DNA from: an uncultured Acidobacteriota bacterium
GTDB lineage: Bacteria > Acidobacteriota > Terriglobia > Acidiferrales > UBA7541
Length of the DNA: 64,000 bases
NCBI GenBank assembly: GCA_963774805.1
Contig: CAVZGK010000001.1
Span: 58,610-122,609, forward strand
Direction of reading: 5' to 3'
In this document: piece by piece, positions 57,512-64,000 of the stretch
Position numbering within the stretch: position 1 is the first letter of the stretch
Layout of the letters: every line of letters begins with the position of its first letter
The notes under the pieces: model-generated
The model's database searches: none
The model's input: only the letters and a program-made list of their open reading frames with translations
What the model was told of the DNA's origin: nothing
Position numbers and translations under genes: made by a program

Positions 57512-59866
57512 TCACTGCGGCGAAAGCGTCAGCTTGTGCGCCGACTGCTTCTCGACAGCCGGGCGCGTGAACGGCAGATTGAAGTAGACGCCGTCTGCGA
57601 GCTTCTCCCGCGTGTTCCCGTAATATGGACTTCCGGGCTGCGCGGATTCTCCGGGCGCATTGGTCGCCATCGTCTTGTCCACGTCCGATAAGTCAATGAT
57701 GCGCCGGAAGTTCGCGCCGGTGGCGTTGACGTCGTTGAACCCTCCCGGCCGCTCGACGGGCTTCAGGCTGAACTGGTCGATGAACATATGCTGCAGCGCG
57801 CTTTGGTTGATGCGGCCGTAGCGCCACTGCGATTGGTCGGAGCCCCAGTCCTTGGTCACCTGCTGCAGCGCCTCTAATAAACCTTGCTCGACGAGTGCAT
57901 GCTGCTCCTGGCCTGCCGCGGCTGCCACCGCTTTTCGGCCGGCGTCCGTGGTCGTCCATCGGACATAGATCGCGCCGGGCGTTGTGTCCTTGGTGAGAAT
58001 CCGATCCCAGCTCTCGATCATGGCGCGTGCTTTCTCGGCGTCAGGATTCTTCGCTGTCCAACCCTTGAAGAGCGGGGCGTCGCGCTCGGCGTGGAGCGAG
58101 TACGTGTCCTGCTGGATACGCTCCATATCCTCGATCGTGAATTTCTTGTGATCGGCGATCTGCTTATCGAGCAGTTGGTGAAGTCGCGTGATGCGAGCGA
58201 TATCGGCGTCCCTCGTGGTGTTGTAGAAGACCGGCCGCCCGGTGTAGCCCTGCGGGTGGGTGTTGTTGTTAGCGGTCGCGATGTAGCCGCGCGCCGGGTT
58301 GTACTCGCGCGGCAGATCGCTGCGAAATCCCTTCCACTCGTATTTTCCCGTCCCGGGGACGGGCAGCCGCCCGGTCCATCCGTCGCGGTCGGGCGCAAAG
58401 CCTGAGACCTGCAACGCGATGTTTCCCTTCTTGTCTCCGCAGATCAAATTGTGAGCCGGCAGCTTCCACGCCATGGCGCGATCGAAGAAGTCTTCGCAGC
58501 TGGTCGCTTGCGCCAGCCTCAAACTCCCCCTGAGGGGCGCGGTGCCGGGCTCCTGGTCTGCGGACCTGGCGGCGAACGCGAGGTGCCGCACCTGATCCTC
58601 GTAAAACACCGGACCGTGCTTGGAGAACTTCAGCTCCACCGTCCGAGGCTTTGCCTCGCCCTTGACCGTGATCTCTTCGCGGATGATCTTCATCGGTACC
58701 CAGGTGCCGTTGAACATCGTCTCGTTCGGATTGGCCGGGTTGGTTTGCTCGACATACGTGTCCACTTCGTCGATGCCGGCGAAGGTCACACCCCACCCCA
58801 TATTCTCGTTGTTGCCGAGGTCCACGCCGACAAACGGCGGTTCGCCGCCGCCGATCACGTGCCACCCTGGCGCATCGAGATGCACGAAGTACCGCAGCGA
58901 AGGCATCGAGATCGTGCGATGTGGATCGTTCGAAACGATGGGAAAGCCGCTGGCCGTGAGCTTTCCGCTGACCACCCAGTTGTTGCTGCCGTCCATGTCC
59001 TGCAGCTCGGGCATCAGACGCGCGGCCTGCCTGGCGGGCACCAGCGAACGGTACGGTTCCACAATTTCAGGCGATGGCAGTTTTCCGGGCGCGAACGGGT
59101 CGTCATCGCCTTTGCGCGCGGCTGCCAACGCCTCTTCCGTGATCCAGCTAAGGTCGAGACCCTCCGGCACTTTCAGGTCGTCGTAAGGATCCGGAGCCGC
59201 GCGCCGGTTGGCCTCCTCGGCCCCATATTTCTTCACGTTCAACGCGAGCTGAAGCTCCGCGGCGGGAGCCGCGCTCGTGCTGTCGATGCCGAGTTCCGCC
59301 CAACGCAACGTCACCGTTTTGGCCGTCCATGGCTCGGGCTTGATGCCAGTCAGCTTGAATTCAACCGGCAAGTTGTCCGCGTTCATGGCGATGTACGCGT
59401 TGTGGCCGTTGGCCCACGCCGTGAATAGCCGTTCCGCGTCGGGGTGATAGCTCACCCATTCTTTCGCGTCCCATGGGCCACGGAACATCATCAGCCGCGC
59501 GCGCGCGTCGTTGTCGAAGGCCTTCGGGCCGAAGATCTCCGCGAGCCGACCCTCACGCCAGCGGCGCCACATTTCCAGTTGCCAGAGGCGATCCTGCGCC
59601 ATCACATACCCCTGCGCGAAGAATAAGTCGTCCTCGTTCTGCGCAAAAATATGGGGAATGCCTTGCTGGTCACGGATGATTTCCACGCGTTGTTTCAATC
59701 CGGGAACGTTCAGGCTTCCGTCGATCGTCGCCAGCGACTGGCGTGCCAGTTCGTTGAGCGACGCTGGCGCCGGCGCGCCCTGGATCGAGCGCTGCGAACA
59801 CCCCGCAGTGAACGAGACGAGGGCAACCAAACACAGGACACATGCGTGAGTACGCGGCAGAGACAT
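57512..59866 (-). CDS. Penicillin/AHL-acylase family Ntn-hydrolase (secreted)
   Basis: GGGAGG RBS before the ATG at 59866. Signal/lipobox-like ...LVSFTAGC. GSNNWVVSG contains the Ntn Ser nucleophile, and SNDPH is also present. Confidence 0.85.
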   Translation of the reverse strand: MSLPRTHACVLCLVALVSFTAGCSQRSIQGAPAPASLNELARQSLATIDGSLNVPGLKQRVEIIRDQQGIPHIFAQNEDDLFFAQGYVMAQDRLWQLEMWRRWREGRLAEIFGPKAFDNDARARLMMFRGPWDAKEWVSYHPDAERLFTAWANGHNAYIAMNADNLPVEFKLTGIKPEPWTAKTVTLRWAELGIDSTSAAPAAELQLALNVKKYGAEEANRRAAPDPYDDLKVPEGLDLSWITEEALAAARKGDDDPFAPGKLPSPEIVEPYRSLVPARQAARLMPELQDMDGSNNWVVSGKLTASGFPIVSNDPHRTISMPSLRYFVHLDAPGWHVIGGGEPPFVGVDLGNNENMGWGVTFAGIDEVDTYVEQTNPANPNETMFNGTWVPMKIIREEITVKGEAKPRTVELKFSKHGPVFYEDQVRHLAFAARSADQEPGTAPLRGSLRLAQATSCEDFFDRAMAWKLPAHNLICGDKKGNIALQVSGFAPDRDGWTGRLPVPGTGKYEWKGFRSDLPREYNPARGYIATANNNTHPQGYTGRPVFYNTTRDADIARITRLHQLLDKQIADHKKFTIEDMERIQQDTYSLHAERDAPLFKGWTAKNPDAEKARAMIESWDRILTKDTTPGAIYVRWTTTDAGRKAVAAAAGQEQHALVEQGLLEALQQVTKDWGSDQSQWRYGRINQSALQHMFIDQFSLKPVERPGGFNDVNATGANFRRIIDLSDVDKTMATNAPGESAQPGSPYYGNTREKLADGVYFNLPFTRPAVEKQSAHKLTLSPQ

Positions 59867-60092
59867 CAGAGCCTCCCGACGTTCCGGCACCATGGTATCT
59901 TTTTTCATTCCCTGAGACGCTACTTTAATGACGTCCTCGAGCCGAGAATTGGTGCAGCCTTCTTCGTGACGTGCTTTCCTTTCTCCGTGCAATTAGCTGG
60001 ACCCTAGCTCCTCCCGTCGGTCCGTCATCTGTGAAGCTAGGTGCATGACGTAATATCAAGGAGCCGTGTGTCTCGCGCCGGGAGGGCGCGCC

Positions 60093-61118
60093 ATGTCGAA
60101 AAAAATAGGTTTTCTCTCGTTCGGGCATTGGACCGATTCCCCCGGCTCTCAGGTACGCTCCGCAGCCGACTCCTTGCTTCAGTCTGTCGAGCTCGCTGTT
60201 GCCGCGGAGAATCTGGGCGCTGACGGCGCATACTTTCGCGTTCACCACTTCGCTCGCCAGCTCAGTTCGCCGTTTCCGCTCCTCGCTGCGGTCGGCGCAC
60301 GCACGCATAGGATCGAGATCGGCACGGCCGTAATCGACATGCGCTACGAAAACCCGCACTACATGGCCGAAGACGCCGGGGCAGCCGACCTGATCGCCGG
60401 CGGCCGACTGCAGTTGGGCATCAGTCGCGGCTCGCCGGAACAGGTGATCGACGGCTGGCGTCACTTCGGTTTCACTCCGGCGAAAGGCGAGAGCGATGCG
60501 GAAATGGGACGCCGCCATGCTGAGGGGCTTTTAGACCTGCTGAAGGGCGAGGGCTTCGCCGAGCCTAATCCGCGGCCGATGTTTCCGAATCCGCCCGGGC
60601 TGCTGCGCCTCGAACCGCATTCGGCGGGCCTGCGCGATCGCATCTGGTGGGGCTCCGGCTCAAACGATACCGCGCGCTGGGCCGCGAAACTCGGGATGAA
60701 TCTTCAGAGTTCGACGCTGAAGGACGATGAGAGCGGCGAACCGCTGCACATTCAGCAGCGCAAGCAGATCGAGACGTTTCGCGAGGCCTGGAAAAAGGCC
60801 GGGCACAGCCGCACCCCGCGCGTGTCGGTCAGCCGCAGCATCTTTCCGCTGGTGAACGACCTCGACGTCGCCTATTTCGGAAGGGAGAAACACGATCGCG
60901 ATCAGATTGGCTTTATCGACGCGAACACACGCGCCATTTTTGGCCGCTCCTATGTTGGTGAACCCGGTGTACTGGCCAAGGAACTTGCCGCAGACGAGGC
61001 CATTGCTGCGGCAGATACGTTGCTTATGACAATCCCGAACACACTAGGAGTGGAGTACAACGCCCACGTGGTTGAAAGCGTCCTGAAGTTCGTCGCCCCG
61101 GAACTGGGCTGGCGCTGA
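60093..61118 (+). CDS. LLM-class (luciferase-like) flavin-dependent oxidoreductase
   Basis: GGAGGG RBS. MSKKIGFLSFGHW...AENLGADGAYFRVHHF... Confidence 0.8.
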   Translation: MSKKIGFLSFGHWTDSPGSQVRSAADSLLQSVELAVAAENLGADGAYFRVHHFARQLSSPFPLLAAVGARTHRIEIGTAVIDMRYENPHYMAEDAGAADLIAGGRLQLGISRGSPEQVIDGWRHFGFTPAKGESDAEMGRRHAEGLLDLLKGEGFAEPNPRPMFPNPPGLLRLEPHSAGLRDRIWWGSGSNDTARWAAKLGMNLQSSTLKDDESGEPLHIQQRKQIETFREAWKKAGHSRTPRVSVSRSIFPLVNDLDVAYFGREKHDRDQIGFIDANTRAIFGRSYVGEPGVLAKELAADEAIAAADTLLMTIPNTLGVEYNAHVVESVLKFVAPELGWR

Positions 61119-61240
61119 CGCGAGGGGCAGAAAACCCCCGAACGCAGCAGATGGCCCTGCAGTCGCGGTAGCAGCCGCGGAGCAGTAGCGCCGCCTTCAC
61201 ACGCTGCGGAAAAACTCAATTTGGTGTCATTGAAGTTGCA

Positions 61241-61327
61241 GTCATTCTGAGCGAAGCGAAGAACCTCTCTTTGTTTCTTCGCCTTCACATCGATCGAAGA
61301 GAGATTCTTCGCTTCGCTCAGAATGAC
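61241..61327. repeat. Palindromic MITE/REP-like element, copy 4 (outer arms extend to about 61206..61348)
   Basis: GTCATTCTGAGCGAAGCGAAGAACCTCTC...GAGAGATTCTTCGCTTCGCTCAGAATGAC. Outer IR: GCGGAAAA / TTTTCCGC. Confidence 0.9.
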
Positions 61328-61447
61328 AAAACGAAGCATATTTTCCGCGGACTGTTCAGCCTGCCGGGGTTGATGGATGGGCGCAGAGGAGTGTTCCGGC
61401 AAGAAACCTCTAAGCGCAACGGCGGCTCCGGGAAACGGACACTTTGT

Positions 61448-61636
61448 TCAGTCTCGCGTTTCATAAACCCAAAGTTCCGCACCTCGATCGGCCCGCGCCG
61501 GGACGGCCAGATAGATGGGGATGATCCGGACAAGGACGAGCGGCGCGGTCTCGTCCGTCGGGAGTTCCTGTGCCCCCGCGCCCGCAGAACTCAACAACAC
61601 GAGCATCGACAGACACGCCAGCCGAATTAACCTCAT
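61448..61636 (-). CDS. Possible small secreted protein (62 aa)
   Basis: GGGGA RBS 6 nt before the ATG. Signal peptide MRLIRLACLSMLVLLSSAGAGA. No homology recognised. Confidence 0.3.
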   Translation of the reverse strand: MRLIRLACLSMLVLLSSAGAGAQELPTDETAPLVLVRIIPIYLAVPARADRGAELWVYETRD

Positions 61637-61807
61637 TCATGTCCCCTTGGTTAAAAGTTTTGTACACACCATATTGGGCTCTGCAAACCTCGATCCCAGC
61701 ACGATATCAAACCCACACTGCTGGGCCCTTGTCCGGTGCATAGGGAACTGCCGGATAAATTCAGTCCAGTCCTTCCACTCCTACCCTCGGCGCAGGACGC
61801 TCTTTTT

Positions 61808-62881
61808 TCAATTCGACGGGGTCCCCGGCGGCGTTGATTCTTGGACGGTGTAGATCCTAACTTCAGCGTTCGAAGTCGCCGTTGCAGAAACTGCCAGGTA
61901 GAACCGGTCGAAACCCTTTCCCTGCCGTCCGAAATAACCAGCTGTTCCCGCGCCGACTACCGTCGGAATCTTGGAGATGAGCGTGTAGTGATCGGGATCG
62001 TTTTGTTGATAGACCCAGATCGAGCCTTCTCGTCCAGGCACGAAAAGGCGCTTTTTCTCCGCGCTGTAGTACAGATCATCCGTGTCCTGAACGGTCGGGA
62101 GGGAAGCGACCATCTTGCCTGTAGCGGTATCGAAAATCGAAACGGTGGCCGGTTCCCGTGTGCCGACGATCACCCGGTGGTTGCCTTCGTCCAGCGCCAT
62201 AGGGAAATTCTGCAGGTTGGTGACGGGCCACTCGGTGATCTGCTTGGTCTGGCGGTTGAGCACCTTGATTACCTTCAGATCCGGCACGTTGACGTAGATG
62301 TTGGGACCATTCTTTTCGAGTTGAAACGATTCCGGCTCGCCACCCAGCTTGTATTCCTCGTCAGTACGCTTGTTGGTCATGGCATCGATGGTCGCGATCG
62401 CGGAATTCTTTTCGTCGTCACCGCATCCGACGTACACGCGTTTCGTGGCAGCGTCATAGCGCAAATTGTCGGCGCCGCCTGCGAAATCAACGGTAGCGAG
62501 TTGTTTGTATGACTCTCCATCGTAAATGTAGACCTTGCCCTTTTCACTGGCGACAAAGAGCTTGTTCGCTTCCGGAGAAAACGCCACGCCCTGGGGGTTC
62601 GGCACCCCGGTTATTTCGTGGGCGCGGGCCCCTTGAAACAGGTCGATGATCTCCACGGAATTGTTGCCGAGGCCCGAGAGGAAAACTTTGCCCTTGCCGG
62701 TCGCGAAGTGATCGAAGCGCCCCTTCACGCCTTCGAGTGGAACGGTAGCGGTCAACACCATTGGGGGCGCAACTTCGGCCGCAGGCTGTGATGCCGGGGG
62801 CGCGGTGGCTTGCTGCCCGTGACATGCCGTAAGCGTAATTCCCAGCAACACAAGAAAGCGGAAACCAAAGGGAATTTTCAT
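61808..62881 (-). CDS. Lipoprotein with a YncE/YVTN-type beta-propeller
   Basis: MKIPFGFRFLVLLGITLTAC lipobox. Repeated ...V.(V/I)(I/F)D..T.K... blades. Confidence 0.7.
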   Translation of the reverse strand: MKIPFGFRFLVLLGITLTACHGQQATAPPASQPAAEVAPPMVLTATVPLEGVKGRFDHFATGKGKVFLSGLGNNSVEIIDLFQGARAHEITGVPNPQGVAFSPEANKLFVASEKGKVYIYDGESYKQLATVDFAGGADNLRYDAATKRVYVGCGDDEKNSAIATIDAMTNKRTDEEYKLGGEPESFQLEKNGPNIYVNVPDLKVIKVLNRQTKQITEWPVTNLQNFPMALDEGNHRVIVGTREPATVSIFDTATGKMVASLPTVQDTDDLYYSAEKKRLFVPGREGSIWVYQQNDPDHYTLISKIPTVVGAGTAGYFGRQGKGFDRFYLAVSATATSNAEVRIYTVQESTPPGTPSN

Positions 62882-63275
62882 TGGATCCTCCGTGGGATTT
62901 GAACTGATCAACCCGAACCGTTACTCGACAAGCCCGTGAGAAAATACTCGCAATCGTCGACCGAAGTCCAACGATTGTTTCGGCGGTTCCGAAAGGACGA
63001 GTGAGCCGGGAATCCGCTCGATCCGCGGCTTGGGATGGTCAGCCGTGTTCGCAGTCAAAAACAAGCGCGGAGGGCACCAACGCGAGCGTATTTGCTTAGG
63101 GCTTACAGCCGGTGATCAATCTCTGATCTCAATTTAGTGAGATCATTTCGAGCTTTTAGAGAATTGAACGGATTTTCTGCGGGTGCTGAAAACGCGCAAT
63201 GGCCTGCTCTCCTTGGAAAGCAGACCGTTGCGTAGGATGATCGGAAGGTGACAGATCTTCCGCTATCATGAATTT

Positions 63276-63773
63276 CTAGCGATTGTCGTCGTGGCGCTGG
63301 TCCTGGTCCTGGTTTTGGTGTTGGTCTCGATTTTGGAGTTGGTCTCGATTTTGACGTTGATCGTAGTTTTGGCCCTGGTCCTGGTTTCGACCTTGGTCGT
63401 GGTACCGGTCTCGGTCCCGGTTACGCTCTCTATCCCAGTGGTGATCGTGTTCAACCCTTCCACGATCGCCTTCCCAATAGCCCGCATAATACTGGTGGCT
63501 CTCGTAGCGGGGCCCTACCCATCGAGCGCCCGCATATGGAGTTCGCGTGTAGTACCCCCCATGCCATTTGTAGCGTCTTCCGGATGGATACCAATACCCG
63601 TCGATCCAAATGTAGCCCTGGCCCGGACTTCGAGGCACAACTCGATAGCTTCGGGGTTGCGGCGGCGGACCGATGTTGATGCCGAATGAAACTTGGGCTC
63701 GGGATGTCGATGCACCGGCCATCAACAAGACCGCGACGAACAAGGATGCCCAAAGGATAACTCGCAACCGCAT
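63276..63773 (-). CDS. Secreted YXWGXW-repeat-type protein with an Arg/Asp/Gln/Asn-rich low-complexity tail
   Basis: Signal peptide. GYIWIDGYWYPSGRRYKWHGGYY...ARWVGPRYE...YYAGYWEG. The tail reads RERNRDRDRYHDQGRNQDQGQNYDQRQNRDQLQNRDQHQNQDQDQ, encoded by imperfect tandem DNA repeats at 63291-63420. Confidence 0.75.
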   Translation of the reverse strand: MRLRVILWASLFVAVLLMAGASTSRAQVSFGINIGPPPQPRSYRVVPRSPGQGYIWIDGYWYPSGRRYKWHGGYYTRTPYAGARWVGPRYESHQYYAGYWEGDRGRVEHDHHWDRERNRDRDRYHDQGRNQDQGQNYDQRQNRDQLQNRDQHQNQDQDQRHDDNR

Positions 63774-64000
63774 TGAATCTTTTTTTGCAGCGTTGTCGAA
63801 TTAGTTGGTTCAAAGTACCCTCCAGTGAATCACGAGTACGCCTGATGGTGGGCCTCGGGACCAATCTCGTCTGTGCAGTAGTGAACATGCCGCGTAATTC
63901 CGGAGCTGCTGTCAGACCAACTGAATGCTTCATGGATGAGGCGATTTCCTGTAATGAATGTCTGGTTGTTGGGATGACTCACTGACCGGCTTGGCACATC

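Noticed and set aside
2688-61327. Possible CRISPR array, because the same sequence of about 30 nt recurs
   Set aside because: The copies are tens of kb apart and each is an inverted-repeat pair rather than a direct repeat/spacer series. No cas genes are present.
63451-63933. 160-aa minus-strand ORF overlapping the YXWGXW gene, and the 63773..63985 plus-strand ORF
   Set aside because: It is out of frame and overlaps a CDS that has a signal peptide and family repeats. It has no motifs and poor start context.
1-64000. Mobile genetic element, prophage, defence island, tRNA or rRNA genes
   Set aside because: No integrase, transposase, recombinase, phage structural, restriction, Cas, reverse-transcriptase (YxDD) or toxin motifs were noticed in any frame. 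No tRNA-like T-arm sequences were seen by eye. A formal tRNAscan or Rfam run would be needed to be certain.

Overview
High-GC bacterial chromosomal segment. The gene content and repeat families look Acidobacteriota-like, but that is inference from memory, not a search. About 55 protein-coding genes are densely packed. I found no rRNA, tRNA, CRISPR array, transposase, integrase or prophage genes.

Main blocks:
(1) 1-6.2 kb: a LigB-LigA fused extradiol dioxygenase, a Zn-alcohol dehydrogenase, RecQ and an MFS transporter.
(2) 6.3-10.8 kb: a PAS/sigma-54 enhancer-binding protein. A strong sigma-54 promoter lies downstream of it and drives a STAS-Crp/Fnr operon. A divergent Hsp20 gene lies on the other side.
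(3) 11.1-27.6 kb: a locus of exported proteins that I rate as the best candidate for an undescribed system. It holds a two-component system, a 1191-aa TonB-dependent receptor, three paralogous small secreted proteins whose predicted mature N-terminus is His-His-Gly, a 4-TM partner, two paralogs of an uncharacterised periplasmic protein, a di-haem cytochrome, a tannase/feruloyl esterase, a cyclophilin, an NHL propeller and tandem cupins.
(4) 27.8-32.2 kb: small genes, an MBL hydrolase and a long HupE/UreJ protein.
(5) 32.4-48.2 kb: aromatic-acid type genes (two MFS symporters, an SDR, an EntE/DhbE-like aryl-AMP ligase, amidohydrolase-2, cupins, a UbiD decarboxylase, an LDH-like dehydrogenase and a VOC protein).
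(6) 48.3-64 kb: housekeeping and miscellaneous genes (SDR, M29 aminopeptidase, an orphan type IV pilin with a sigma-54 promoter, amidase, fumC, an ArsR-SRPBCC pair, penicillin-acylase family, LLM oxidoreductase, a beta-propeller lipoprotein and a YXWGXW protein).

Window-scale oddities:
- Eight genes have broken reading frames. Two adjacent genes at 38.2-41.2 kb each carry at least 5 frameshifts.
- A palindromic MITE-like repeat of about 90-150 bp occurs four times.
- A family of GGCTTCAGCC-centred hairpins recurs in intergenic DNA.

All homology statements come from motif recognition by eye and memory. No searches were run.
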